A stretch of DNA of 64,000 bases from Epithemia pelagica (GCA_946965045.2 OX337233.1:186001-250000), one strand, 5' to 3'. Numbered from the stretch's first letter, positions 21,164-32,810 are shown. Program-made: numbers and translations. The notes: a model not told the origin generated them from the sequence alone.

Positions 21164-22348
21164 TTAATCACCGAGGTGAGTATTAGGCCTTTTTCGTTTA
21201 CAAGCTAATGTCGGTGTGGAGAAGGGTGAGATATCAGCATCTCGGATACCCATACCTTCAAGAGAATGATACCATCCGTTCGATTGCTGCTCACAGAGTC
21301 GACGAAAACACCACGAATTCCTATCCATTAGTGGTAATGTCGTACACGAAGGATTGCCCCATCCACCAATCACGGCAATTCGATTGGCAGCAGTCACTAG
21401 ACTGCAGCCATTGCGGTGATTTCCCAACAGCGGGAGATTCCACACACGGTTGCGGCGCGTATCCAGAACTTCCACGGTTGAATTGACCCATGCTCCTTCC
21501 GCCACAACCAGACAAGATCCCACGGCAACCACTGCACAAGATCTTCGTGCATTGGAAAGCCTCAACTCCAAATGAGTGGTCCAGGTGGGTGAGAAAGAAA
21601 TAAACATCGAGCCAGTTTCCTTTTCTGTCTCATCATTGTCAAAGGGTGTTGCATAGTCCAAATACTCCACCGAGTCAAGATATTCATTACCGTTCCAACC
21701 TCCAACGACAAAGATGCGGTGGCCAATAACCGCACTGGCACACCAATGTCTTGGAACAGTCATGGATGGTCCCGCAGTGACTATGTGGTTGTTTGTATCT
21801 ATAATATCCACCGACGACAAATTACGATCGCTGTAGCCACCCATTACAACGATGTATCTGTTGTGAACCGCGACTGCACCACATCCCCATCGTGGCGTTG
21901 ATAAGCGACAATTCAATGTTGTCCAATGGCTCGCACGTGTGCTACTTGATGTCGAAGAAGATCGCAGCAAATAATTGGCATCAATGCGTTCGATACAATC
22001 CAAAGTTGCTGTATTGCGACCTCCCATCACGTAGATGCTTCCGTTGCACACAACAGCGGCATGTCCTCGACGAATCTTGTTCATTGGTGGCCCCTCTCGC
22101 CACTGCTTGTCTGGGTCTGCCAAATTTAATACAAGAATGGAATTGACCTCGCCATAACCTGTTCGATATCCGCCCAACACGACGACGGTTTGTTCCGTCT
22201 TGTTATCGGGATGATCGAGAACGACCGAAGCATGATAGTAACGCCATCCACCCTCAAGAGGAGGCCAGTCCTCGAAATTCCATTCAGGTGGCTCGTCCGA
22301 TAAGACAAGGCCCGACTGTCGTGCTTGTTCTTTCAGTGTCGTGGTCAT
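21164..22348 (-). CDS. Kelch-repeat protein K2 (394 aa, intact)
   Basis: Repeated Kelch signature (H..V..NG.IYVMGG, VHNRYIVVMGG, IGHRIFVVGG, W.....M..PR) in an uninterrupted ORF from MTTTLKEQ. No BTB or F-box domain is visible. Confidence 0.92.
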   Translation of the reverse strand: MTTTLKEQARQSGLVLSDEPPEWNFEDWPPLEGGWRYYHASVVLDHPDNKTEQTVVVLGGYRTGYGEVNSILVLNLADPDKQWREGPPMNKIRRGHAAVVCNGSIYVMGGRNTATLDCIERIDANYLLRSSSTSSSTRASHWTTLNCRLSTPRWGCGAVAVHNRYIVVMGGYSDRNLSSVDIIDTNNHIVTAGPSMTVPRHWCASAVIGHRIFVVGGWNGNEYLDSVEYLDYATPFDNDETEKETGSMFISFSPTWTTHLELRLSNARRSCAVVAVGSCLVVAEGAWVNSTVEVLDTRRNRVWNLPLLGNHRNGCSLVTAANRIAVIGGWGNPSCTTLPLMDRNSWCFRRLCEQQSNGWYHSLEGMGIRDADISPFSTPTLACKRKRPNTHLGD

Positions 22349-22958
22349 GGTTTCACACAATGACTGCAGAATTTACGGGGATCGAGACACTGTCTTGTAA
22401 GGCACGTATGTTTGCTCTGCTCCTTTCATTATGATGGGTGTGGACTGGAAGCACGACGACTGACTTGACGAAATGGATGGGTTACGAGACAAATCGTGAC
22501 CGTAGCAACGCGATGAAGAAGACCACGCATCCTTCTTGGGAGTATCGTGGGCATTTTTGGATACCCCGAAAAAGATCTCTCGGAATCGTCGAAAGGAAAG
22601 GAAACAACGACGTGAACTACAACCTGGACGACCCAAACACCATCCAAGCCAACGGAGGGAGTCCACGACGTATCTGAGTGCCCGCGTCCGATGGTCACGC
22701 CTAGGGGGCGAAACGCGGACCCGCCATGGGCTTTTTTGGCTGCAAACCGAACTCCCATGGTCCACCCACGACCGAAATGCCGATCCGGCGCAACCGCACC
22801 CCCGCCAATCGGGACAAACCACATGAATCGCATGGCGAACCAACCTATGACCATGCAAAACGCTCCATGGTCTGCGGAAATCCAAACCAAACGACCACAA
22901 CGGCATCCTGGTCCACCATGGTGCCCAAAAGGCCCAAAAGGCCCAAAGAGAAACCCCG

Positions 22959-25900
22959 GTGGCCAACACCAACGGTCATCCGATCCCCACTCCAGCGACA
23001 CGCCACAGCCAAACCGACACTCACACGAGACAGGAGGAAAACAACCAACCAGGACCCCCCTCCAGGCCAGCCCACCAACCAACAAACCATCCCCAACCAC
23101 CAACAAACCAAACCGGCACCAAACGACCGATGAACAGGAGAAGACACGACACTACAGCCGTCCACCCACTCCCCGGCCAACTTCAACACACGGACAACAC
23201 CACGGCACCAAGAGCCACAACAAGAACCACCGCCACCCAGACCGACACACCGCCACCTGACGGCATCCAAGAACAATTCCCAGATGGAACGAACCGAGAA
23301 ACCAACAAGGGAAGACAACCGGCCAGTCATTTGCGAGCAATGAACGGTCATAGTCATAATGCTAAGTCATTGAAAGAAACGAACAACGAAACCATCCCCA
23401 CACAAAGTACGAAAACCAAGAGTTTTCCCCAGGTTCAAACACCACAACCACCCAGCAGCATCAACGCCGACAACAACCCACCAGCATCAACCATGCAAGT
23501 TCACTCCAAGCCCTCCTCCGGCCGCCGTCCGTCACGTGCCAAACCACAAGGACCAGCCAAACCCTTCGCGTACAACGACACCACCACCACTACCGCCATC
23601 ACCCCCGAACGCCGCTCCCTCATCAAGAAAACCAAAACCATAGCCCAAGAAAACCACAAACAAAAAGAAACAATGACCTCACCCGAAAACCATAAAAACA
23701 AAACCCAGAAAAATGCAGTCACCACCATGAACATCGATCCAAACCACCAACAACACGAAGAAGACGAGAACCACGACGACACCGAAGCCAGCCCAGACAC
23801 CGGCATGGAGCAGGACAACGACAACAACCACGTCCATGAACACAACGGCGCCAGCCAGGAAAACGAAAACGGAAGCGAAACATGCCTTCACGACAACCAA
23901 GGAGACCCGGACGGCCAAGCCCACAACGATGACCCCAACGACGCCGACCCGGCAAACAATGAGACGAAGGAAGAAGAAGCGAACGAAGACGCTCAAACCA
24001 ACACGGCAGACAGCCCCTCCAACCCTTACCGCAACCTCAAGCAACCCAAAAAGCGCGCCCCTTCCCCAGAACCGGCGATGCTTATCCACCTACACGTCAT
24101 GATCAACCACAATCCGAACCCGCAAGCGGAATCGGCTCTGCCCCGTCTTACCGAACAAGCGGTCAAAGACCACTTGAACCAGGTATTTTTCCACCACAGC
24201 AAGCGCGAAGAGCCCATGTGGCTTCAAGTGCACAAAGCTGAATTCATTGAAACAAAACAAGCTGGACGCCCGAGCTTCCGCCAAAACGACCACCAGCGTC
24301 AACGCAACAACAACGGACATGTATCATCCTTCCATGTCACCCTGTCCCCCGCCCCCGCCAACGACGCCTTCGACACAGAAGTTTTCCGCGAACAAGGCCT
24401 TCGGTGTGTGTTACAGATGTGGCACCGTCACAAGAACGACGACTTCACCCACGACGATTTCGGCGACCTCAGCATTCTGCGGCACGGAACGCCACAATCC
24501 AACCCAACCACCAACCCGCGCTGGGACCAATACAACGTGTACCTCCCAGCAAACAACAACAGGACCAGCGACACCTTCGGGATGGTTGTTGGGATTCCAG
24601 CACAAGCCATCAAACACCGTCGGGCGGCACAGGACTTGACGGCAGCAATTCAGCACTCCCTCCGAGCCCATCTTCCACGCAAGCTGGACTGGACGGCTTT
24701 CTTCGACCACATCGGGTGCCGATCCGGAACCTTTAGTGGGGAACTCAAAAGCAAACAAAGAGGACAGGTCCCCGTCGTCTACATCACGGCCTCGTCTCGG
24801 GCCAACTTCGAACTGCTATTGCGCAGTTACAATGTATTCACAGCAGCCAACAGGGACACTGACATCATGTGGCAAGACAACAAGATCCAACTTATTCCGA
24901 TGCCCAAAACCCAAACGAATCGAACAACGACGTTGGAAACAATTAAAGACATTGACCAATTCTTTGGTTCAAGCGTCAAGATCCGCCTCCGTCCGATCAA
25001 CACAGAAGCAACGGACGGCGATTGGAAACAACTCAAAACAATGGACGAGTACATTGCCGTATTCCCCGAATACGACAATGAAGATCCAGACCCCATCTAC
25101 TACACATTGATCATGCGAAAGACACCGGACACACACCACTTGACCACCAATACAATCCGCACGCATCCAGGATTCCCGACTAATATCCTGCTGCCCACTC
25201 TGGCCGCCGTGGCGGCAACCCCTCCGCGGCAACCAAGCACCAACCAGGACACACCGACTTCCTCCACCCACACCAACAGGCTCATCGCCTTCGCAGACCG
25301 ACTACTGCGACGAAAGACCAACTCGGCAGAGGACCACAACCACCAAACAACAACATCAACCAGAGCTCGCAACACTCCACCAGGCACACTGCCTCCGACA
25401 AAAAGAACCGCCACCCACTTTTCAGACGACGGCAATGACGACGAAGAAGATCCCTACAACGACGGCACAGACTGGACACAGGTCGCGACAAACATGGACC
25501 ACAGCCACCAATACAATCGGCTCGCACACAAACCTGTGCAAAACGACGACCGCAAACCACCGGCACAACAAAACAGCTTTTCTGCCCTCGCAGAAGATGA
25601 ACACTCCCACAACAACAAACGCCACCACGACGAGGACGACGTGGACAGAATGGAGACAGAAGAAGACAACGACGAAGCACACTCCCAGTCTCTTATCCCC
25701 CCGGACGATCTCGACGACAACGAGGCCCATCCGCAATACTCCGCACCAACAGGACACGAAATAGCACTGATCATGCAGTACGTCCGAAACAACAAACCGT
25801 CCCGCACCGCAGAGATGCGAAAATACCTGCAACAAACGAAATCATTCGCGAATGATACCGACGCGGAAGACGCCTGGCGCTATGCTCAGTCTCTGGTTCA

Positions 25901-25982
25901 GACTAGCAGCTCCAGCGTCGCCGGCTCCCGCACCGGCCATGTGGTCCCGCATGCAACATGGGCCAAAGAGCAAAATGAGTAA
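22959..25982 (+). CDS. CRE-like element ORF1 (1007 aa)
   Basis: Long ORF upstream of the RT ORF with low-complexity termini and an ordered-looking central region. No domain recognised. Confidence 0.75.
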   Translation: MANTNGHPIPTPATRHSQTDTHTRQEENNQPGPPSRPAHQPTNHPQPPTNQTGTKRPMNRRRHDTTAVHPLPGQLQHTDNTTAPRATTRTTATQTDTPPPDGIQEQFPDGTNRETNKGRQPASHLRAMNGHSHNAKSLKETNNETIPTQSTKTKSFPQVQTPQPPSSINADNNPPASTMQVHSKPSSGRRPSRAKPQGPAKPFAYNDTTTTTAITPERRSLIKKTKTIAQENHKQKETMTSPENHKNKTQKNAVTTMNIDPNHQQHEEDENHDDTEASPDTGMEQDNDNNHVHEHNGASQENENGSETCLHDNQGDPDGQAHNDDPNDADPANNETKEEEANEDAQTNTADSPSNPYRNLKQPKKRAPSPEPAMLIHLHVMINHNPNPQAESALPRLTEQAVKDHLNQVFFHHSKREEPMWLQVHKAEFIETKQAGRPSFRQNDHQRQRNNNGHVSSFHVTLSPAPANDAFDTEVFREQGLRCVLQMWHRHKNDDFTHDDFGDLSILRHGTPQSNPTTNPRWDQYNVYLPANNNRTSDTFGMVVGIPAQAIKHRRAAQDLTAAIQHSLRAHLPRKLDWTAFFDHIGCRSGTFSGELKSKQRGQVPVVYITASSRANFELLLRSYNVFTAANRDTDIMWQDNKIQLIPMPKTQTNRTTTLETIKDIDQFFGSSVKIRLRPINTEATDGDWKQLKTMDEYIAVFPEYDNEDPDPIYYTLIMRKTPDTHHLTTNTIRTHPGFPTNILLPTLAAVAATPPRQPSTNQDTPTSSTHTNRLIAFADRLLRRKTNSAEDHNHQTTTSTRARNTPPGTLPPTKRTATHFSDDGNDDEEDPYNDGTDWTQVATNMDHSHQYNRLAHKPVQNDDRKPPAQQNSFSALAEDEHSHNNKRHHDEDDVDRMETEEDNDEAHSQSLIPPDDLDDNEAHPQYSAPTGHEIALIMQYVRNNKPSRTAEMRKYLQQTKSFANDTDAEDAWRYAQSLVQTSSSSVAGSRTGHVVPHATWAKEQNE

Positions 25983-28900
25983 CCAAGAAATCCTTCCTCC
26001 GAGACACTGCCCGGTGCCCGACTGCCCATGGCAAGTGCCTCCACAATCCAACAAACCACATGCGTCCCTCAAGGAGCATCTCATCACCACCCACGGGGAA
26101 ACAAACCCCTCCGACTACATGACCACCAAATACTGCAGCCAACATGGGTTCCACTTGTGTCAAGAATGCGACACACCGACGACAATATTCACAACACAAG
26201 GACACCTAAGAACACACATAACAAAAAAACATACTAGAAGTAAAACAAACATGCAACTAGTCCTTACAACCTACCGGAATACAACGCCAGAGATCGAAAA
26301 CAACTGGAAGCAAAGCCTTGCCTTCCTGAACCAACTTCGCCCAAGCCCGCCCCCGTTCAGACGGTCCATATGGCACAAGACCAAACCTCCACTCAGGTCA
26401 GAATTCTATGTCACGTATAACAACGTGATAAAATGGGTCCTCGAATCAACACCGACGTTGGCCCCAGCAATCCTCCGTGATCACACACTACCCAAACACG
26501 ACACCGACTCCAGCCCCTTCTGGAAGCTATTGCTCCTCCTGGAACCATTACTGTTGGCCCCCATCCAAAACACCGTCCACGTGACATACTCCAACGCTTT
26601 CCGGGCCAGACTTTCCCTGCTCAAAACAGGAAGAATCGAGGAACTATACAACACAATTTGGCACCCAACACCACTGCCGCTCCAACCACAAAACAGACAA
26701 CACAAGAAAAAACGACAACAGAAACAACGACTGAACACCCACAGCGACGGTCCAAACCTCCCACAGTGGAGACTCACCGCGGCCCAACACACCGCCGACC
26801 TGGGAAACTACCGAGCAGCACTCAAAAGACTGACGACGAATACTCCAACAGCAACCTTAACCCCACCAAGAATTGCAAGATGTCAGACAGAACTTTTCCC
26901 AAAACGACGACAACCACCACCTGGCACACGAGCACAAGGCCACACCAACTTACCGCCACCAACAAACCAATACCTGAAGCTAGAAGACAACATGACCGAA
27001 CTAGCACTCCGACAAATGAAACCCGGAACGGCATCGGGACCGTTCGCCACATGCACGGACATACTAGCCGCAATGGCATTACACCGAACAACACGAGCGA
27101 AAGACGCCACCAAGCCATACTTCGGAAACATAAAAGCTCTCCTCCAACTAGTGGTGACCGCTCAGGTACCTCCACCGATTCAAACAATACTTGCCAGCAA
27201 TTATTTCTTGGCGCTGCACAAAGACATCACCAACCCAGAAAAATTACGACCGATCGGAATTGGAACGGCGATTCGAAGAGTTGCCGCCAAAACAGCTCTA
27301 GTCCATATGACGGACGACATCACGCCACTTCTCCTCAAGGGCGGACAATATGGGATTCAAATCCCAGGCGGGGTCGACTTTGTCGCCCAGACAACCGCCA
27401 TGGCGGTCCGGGAATATATCGACAAACACACAGACAACCAAAAAACACCAACCGACGAACACAATGACGACCAAAACAAAACAAAAACAGCAACAAACTC
27501 CCCAAGCCGAGCTCTGATTTTGCTTGACTTGACTAACATGTTCAATAATGTGTCGCGCACCGAAGCACGACGAATTCTCTTGTCAGAGGAAGCGACTTGG
27601 CCCCTAGTCCCGATCTTTGACCTTCTCACCAACCATCCCTGCGACTCGTGGTACTTCAACGAAAACCACGAACCACATACACTGCAACAAGAAGAGGGAT
27701 TCCCACAAGGGTGCCCACTTAGCCCACTGTTCTCGTGCTTAGTCCTTCTAGCACTCACGAACCAGTTAAACAAAGAACAAGCAAAACGTGCATCAACAAG
27801 AAAACAGTCAGGAGACATCGGAGACGACAACAAAGGTGGTGTCGCTCATACGGCCTCGATAATGGACGACACGTCCGTTTGTCTACCTCATTGTGACCTA
27901 CCATGGTTCCTCTCCCGCTTCCAAGAGCTTGGAGCACCGCTCGGGATCATCCTCAATCACTCCAAAACAAAAATATTAACAACAACCACCGGCAACACGG
28001 CCTGCGACACATTGCCCCGCCGAGCACAACAAAAAGTACAGGAAGCACTATCCTTCCTCTGCCCCGATGAACCAGAACGGGCCGAAATCACCACAGGAGT
28101 CCGTTTCCTCGGACAGCCCATCGGCTCCCAGGTATTTGCCAAACAATACATCAGAGAACGGTTAGACAAAATGGTCGACACAATGGATTGCATCAGCCAA
28201 CTCCAAAACTTACAGACGCAACACACGCTGTACAAATTCTCTTTGGTTGCATCAATCATGCATTTGCTCCCATCCGACATCACCCTTGCCAATCCCGCAG
28301 GAGACCAACGATCAACAATGTGGGACAGCGACACCACGAGACGAACCGACAAACTGACAGCACGCTTCCTCGCCCGTCTCACCTCCACCAGAGACACGGA
28401 CGTCAACGAAACAGCGATAATTATTGCGTCACTCCCTCAACGCCTAGGAGGCCTTGGTTACCAGATGGCCTCCTCCGCAGCGTACCCGCGATTTCTCACT
28501 CAGACCGTGCGAGCAATCAAACTTGCGTCGTCCACAGACACACCAATTCCAAACGTCCACAGCCGGCCCTTCCTCAACTGGGAAGACTCCACCACATCAA
28601 CCATGACCAAATTCCGTAAAGGCCTCTCGCTTTTTGCCCACGAACTGGCAGACAAAGCCCTCTATACCCCATCTCGGTATGACAAACACACACACAACAG
28701 CATGATGAACCACATCATGAGAGAACACGCAATCGAAAGACTGTTCACGATAACAGACGCCAACCAACGCATCTTCTTACCTTCACTGCTTTCCCCACTC
28801 ACAAGCATGGCCTTTTCTCTGCCGCTGACAGCCTCCGAATTCCGACTTGGGAACGCGGTCTTCAAAACGGCAATGAGGAGAAAATTACGTCTACCAGTTT

Positions 28901-29889
28901 TCTCCCAAGACCCCAACCAACTGGCTCCACAATCTTGCAAATGTGCCAAGAAAACCATACTAGACGCACAAGGGGACCACTTGTTTTCGTGCAGCGCCGC
29001 CTCAAAGACTCCCCTATCGAACGCGATCAGAGACACCCTTTTTGATGTCCTGCGCCAAATAGCACCAGCAGCAAAAGAAGTGGACACAAGTCTGGATGTC
29101 CATATAGAACCGCCTGGCCTGGCTCCTCAACACAACCGAAACATCCGACCAGCGGACGTCGGCATGCTCCTTAAACAACCACACCGAAACCAGCACTTTC
29201 GATACACCGCTATCGATATCACAGTCCCCCCTCCACAGAAACCACTGCCCATCCTGGACCCGTCTGACCACGAAAACATTGCCTGTATGGCCTCCAAGAC
29301 GCACCAGGACGCAGCACGTGACAAATTCTGCCGAGACCCCACCACTGCACAACACCTCTACGACAACGGGGTATACCTCCTCCCCTTTACGGTCGATCAC
29401 CTCGGAGGCTTAGGTTCTTTCGCTGAACACCTGCTTTTCCCCAGTGAACACCAACCACACCTCTTTCATCCGGGCAAACCGCCAACGTGGGACGACCCAC
29501 ACTTCGGAAAAAACAGTCTTCGCAGCAGTGCACACCCACAAGCCTTCGCACTCTTTCAGGAAACCACTCACGCCCCGACCAATCTTCTCACAGCAGCCAA
29601 CAAAGAGACAAAAAAATTTTGCTACCCAGAAGCCCATATATACTCGATGGGACACTTTGCCAAGGCATCCCTCAGCCACGCCATCGTCACAAGCTTAGCA
29701 ATCCATGTCAACAACCACATGACAGCCATCCACCAATATCACACCACCCGACAGAAACGAACGACCCAATTGCAAAATCTTTCACGGCCACTTTTTGCAC
29801 CTATAACTCCAATATACTCCCCGGCCAGCATGGAACACTACCTGCCCACCGCGGCAACCGCCCCACTTCTCTGCGAACTCGCCGCTTAG
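25975..29889 (+). CDS. CRE-like element ORF2: zinc fingers, reverse transcriptase, RLE endonuclease
   Basis: N-terminal CPVPDC...HLITTH and CQEC...HITKKH fingers; RT motifs KLRPIGIG, LDLTNMFN, GFPQGCPLSP and IMDD; RLE motifs CKC...DHLFSC, RPAD and AIDITV. The ATG at 25975 overlaps the ORF1 stop. Confidence 0.92.
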   Translation: MSNQEILPPRHCPVPDCPWQVPPQSNKPHASLKEHLITTHGETNPSDYMTTKYCSQHGFHLCQECDTPTTIFTTQGHLRTHITKKHTRSKTNMQLVLTTYRNTTPEIENNWKQSLAFLNQLRPSPPPFRRSIWHKTKPPLRSEFYVTYNNVIKWVLESTPTLAPAILRDHTLPKHDTDSSPFWKLLLLLEPLLLAPIQNTVHVTYSNAFRARLSLLKTGRIEELYNTIWHPTPLPLQPQNRQHKKKRQQKQRLNTHSDGPNLPQWRLTAAQHTADLGNYRAALKRLTTNTPTATLTPPRIARCQTELFPKRRQPPPGTRAQGHTNLPPPTNQYLKLEDNMTELALRQMKPGTASGPFATCTDILAAMALHRTTRAKDATKPYFGNIKALLQLVVTAQVPPPIQTILASNYFLALHKDITNPEKLRPIGIGTAIRRVAAKTALVHMTDDITPLLLKGGQYGIQIPGGVDFVAQTTAMAVREYIDKHTDNQKTPTDEHNDDQNKTKTATNSPSRALILLDLTNMFNNVSRTEARRILLSEEATWPLVPIFDLLTNHPCDSWYFNENHEPHTLQQEEGFPQGCPLSPLFSCLVLLALTNQLNKEQAKRASTRKQSGDIGDDNKGGVAHTASIMDDTSVCLPHCDLPWFLSRFQELGAPLGIILNHSKTKILTTTTGNTACDTLPRRAQQKVQEALSFLCPDEPERAEITTGVRFLGQPIGSQVFAKQYIRERLDKMVDTMDCISQLQNLQTQHTLYKFSLVASIMHLLPSDITLANPAGDQRSTMWDSDTTRRTDKLTARFLARLTSTRDTDVNETAIIIASLPQRLGGLGYQMASSAAYPRFLTQTVRAIKLASSTDTPIPNVHSRPFLNWEDSTTSTMTKFRKGLSLFAHELADKALYTPSRYDKHTHNSMMNHIMREHAIERLFTITDANQRIFLPSLLSPLTSMAFSLPLTASEFRLGNAVFKTAMRRKLRLPVFSQDPNQLAPQSCKCAKKTILDAQGDHLFSCSAASKTPLSNAIRDTLFDVLRQIAPAAKEVDTSLDVHIEPPGLAPQHNRNIRPADVGMLLKQPHRNQHFRYTAIDITVPPPQKPLPILDPSDHENIACMASKTHQDAARDKFCRDPTTAQHLYDNGVYLLPFTVDHLGGLGSFAEHLLFPSEHQPHLFHPGKPPTWDDPHFGKNSLRSSAHPQAFALFQETTHAPTNLLTAANKETKKFCYPEAHIYSMGHFAKASLSHAIVTSLAIHVNNHMTAIHQYHTTRQKRTTQLQNLSRPLFAPITPIYSPASMEHYLPTAATAPLLCELAA

Positions 29890-30629
29890 AAGTTCCCCAA
29901 AACACTAGAGCGTAAAATAATCAAAAAAAAATAAACCTGTGATTGCTAATGGGTTCGGACTTATCCCCAGCGGTGAAGATCCAGGGTTCAGTTGTGAGCA
30001 CTCACCAAAAAAGTTACTCTTCCGAATCTCTACCTAGCCTTTCCCAACCAGTCACGGACGGGTGATCTTATGAAATCTCAGTCATCTTCCCCCACTCCCC
30101 ACCAGTCATTGAAACAGGCAATTGCAAGGGCAATAGCAAAAAATATTTTTGAGGATGTGACGCAGTGTCGTCTCGTTGGGCTAACCACGAACCAACAACC
30201 AGAAATCAAACAACACCCTGTCTGGAGTCTGGAATGAAATGGAACCAAACGATGCAGCCAAACACCACTGTCTGGTATCATCGTCATTATCTTCATCATT
30301 GTCTTGTTGCTGTTGTTTGCAATTCACTGTGGGGTTGTCGTGGTCGGAGCGGTAATTCAGTGGTGACCTCTCAAGCTACCCTTGCTCGTTGGACGGGCGT
30401 GACCTTGGTTCTTCTTTGTCGGTATCTCTTTCAACCATTGATCGTGTCTTCCAAGACGACGCTGCATGTTTGGATGCATATGGTGCTCGCCGCTTCCACA
30501 AGCAGACACACGAATTTCGCCATTTCGACACCGACGAGCAAAACCATTCGACCACAACCGCCTCGGGCGACTCGTGTGCGAACATCCATTCCTACGGTGT
30601 GGGTGACAAGGCTTCCATAATGGCCAAGA

Positions 30630-31330
30630 CATGATCGGCGGCGTTCGTTGTCGTGGTTGTGTTGTTGGTGCTGCTGCTGCTGAGTTCGGTACGAGGCTCA
30701 AATGCGGTAGTGATCGAAGTCCAACACTGCTGCTCGACAGTGTTATAATCGTGCAACAAGGTTTGGTGGAACTGTCATTGAGGGGCAAGACATCGAGATG
30801 GGGAGCAGCTTGTTTCCAGGCATTAGCATTCGAACGAGCAATAGTGCGACAGGGAATAGCGGTGGTGGAGGTTTCCTCATTCGTTGTCGTTGTCGTCGCC
30901 GCCGTCAATGCTCCGACTTCCAAGATAGAATTGAACACAGACGGTTCCACGGCAATAGCGCCGTCAGCAGTTTCGTCCAATTTAGGTACTTCTTCATTTG
31001 TGGCTGCGTTCGTAGTTCGGAAGGTTATGGTGTGGCAACGACGAGACTCGATCCGTGTTGTCGTTCTGGTCCATTGCGAGCAAATTACCGACCTCATGAT
31101 ATAGAATAGTTGCTGTATTGGAGGAAATATCGAACACGTCGGTGCGAAAAATTCCAAAGGATTCGCAATTGTCCTGTCACCCAAAACCGCCACGAGCATC
31201 GAAAGACGGGGCACTGCCCTCTTACGCAGGCATTAGCCATAGAAGGACCGGACTCCACACAATTAAACGCATGGTCGGAACGAAGGTGACCGTCCAAATA
31301 AGTCGCTGCGCCATGTTGTTTCGGGCACGT
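30630..31330 (+). repeat. Duplicated spacer block (near-identical to ~63320-64000)
   Basis: Nearly identical translations in several frames (e.g. MLVAVLGDRTIANPLEFFAPTCSIFPP) at both loci. Confidence 0.85.
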
Positions 31331-31587
31331 AGCCATATAATCTTCCACAGCATGATAACTTGACCCATTCAACAGCAGAGAGGCATGGTACCATGAACAT
31401 CTACCCGAGGCCTGGCTCCACTCCTGTTTGCGGTTTGCCGGATGGTGTAACTTTCATTTTCTACTAGTACAACGGTGTACATGATATCTCTATAGTTCGC
31501 AATGCCATAAAGAAAACAATCCAACTACTGTTTGAGTGCTATATAGTTCCGCTAATGTTAGGACATACATGCAGTACGTTGCAAATT

Positions 31588-32810
31588 TCAAGTTCCATCC
31601 TTCCCTTCATCACCACGGTGCGTGTGGGGCCTTGCTCGTTTACGATCTGATGTCCAGGTGGGGAAAGGCGAGTTATCAGCATGTTGGATATTCCTTCCTT
31701 CCCGAAATAGACACCATATGTTGAACTGCTGGTCAAAGAGTCGTTGAAAACACCACGTATGCTTGTCCAGAATTGGTAATGTCGCACAGGTAGGACTTCC
31801 CCAGCCACTTATCACGGCAACTTGATTGGCAACAGTCACCGTACTGCAGTCGTCGCGGTGATTATCCAATGGTGGGAGATTCCAAACGCGGTTGCGGCGC
31901 GTATCCAAGACTTCCACGGTTGAATGGCCTTGTCCACCCGCCACCACCAGACAAGATCCAACGGCAACCATTGCACAAGAACTTTGTGCATTGGAAAGCC
32001 TCAACTCCGAATGAGTGATCCAAGTGGTCGAGAAGGAAATGAATGTCGAACCAGTTTCCTTTTTTGTCTCATGATTGTCACACGGTCTGGCATAGTCCAA
32101 ATACTCCACAGTGTCAAGAAAACCATGCTCGCCATGGCCTCCAACGACAAAGATGCGGTGGCCAATGACCGCACTGGCACACCATTGTCGTGGAACAGTC
32201 ATGCTTGGTCCTGCAGTGACAGTGTCATTGCTGGTATCTATAATATCCACCGACGGCAAATAACGATCGCTGTAGCCACCCACTACAACGATATATCGGT
32301 TTTGGACCACAACAGCACAACATCCACATCGGCCCGTTGATAAATGACATGTCAATGTTTTCCAATGGCTTTCATGTGTGATGCTGTTAAAGATGATTGT
32401 AATAGATCGTTGGCATCAATTTGTTCCATGCAGTCCAAATTTGCTCCATCACGGTATCCTCCTGTGCGACCTCCCATGGCGTAGACGGCTCCGTTGCACA
32501 CAACAGCGCCATGTCCAGCACGTTTCTGGTTCATGGGTGGCCCTTCTCGCCACTGCTTGTTTGGGTCTGCCAGATTCAATAAAAGAATAGAATTCACATA
32601 GCCTCGGCGTTGTTGAATTCCTCCCAACACGACAACAGTTTGTGCCTTGTTGTTGTCGTTGTGGAGTTCCTTGTCGAGATGATCGAGTACGACCGTAGCA
32701 TGAAGATAACGCCATCCACCCTGAAGAGGAGGCCAATCGTTTTCATTCCATTCTGCTGTCTCGTCTGAAAGGAAAAGGTCCGACTGCCATGCTTGTTCTT
32801 TCAGAGTCAT
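31588..32810 (-). pseudogene. Kelch-repeat gene K3 with frameshift
   Basis: Track ORFs 32352-32855 and 31588-32355 are in different frames. The shift is near 32380 in the Ser/Thr linker before HWKTLTC. Confidence 0.88.

Larger units (their letters stand above)
22574..29931 (+). mobile_element. Two-ORF non-LTR retrotransposon with restriction-like endonuclease (CRE-like clade)
   Basis: ORF1 plus ORF2 (zinc fingers, RT, RLE), a 3' A-rich tail (AAAATAATCAAAAAAAAA, ending 29931) and a strong A/C-rich sense-strand bias. The left junction interrupts the conserved Kelch upstream sequence TTGGATACC..GAAA. Confidence 0.88.

Noticed and set aside
22373-29915. Numerous long V/G/L/C-rich minus-strand and alternate-frame ORFs over the CRE-like element
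   Set aside because: These are shadow ORFs caused by the strong A/C strand bias, which depletes stop codons. They contain no recognisable motifs.
11693-29931. Reverse transcriptases beside hypervariable genes as a diversity-generating retroelement or retron-like system
   Set aside because: Both RTs are ordinary non-LTR retrotransposon ORF2s with their own endonucleases. No template/variable repeat pair with adenine-specific differences is visible, and the Kelch variation includes indels and block swaps.
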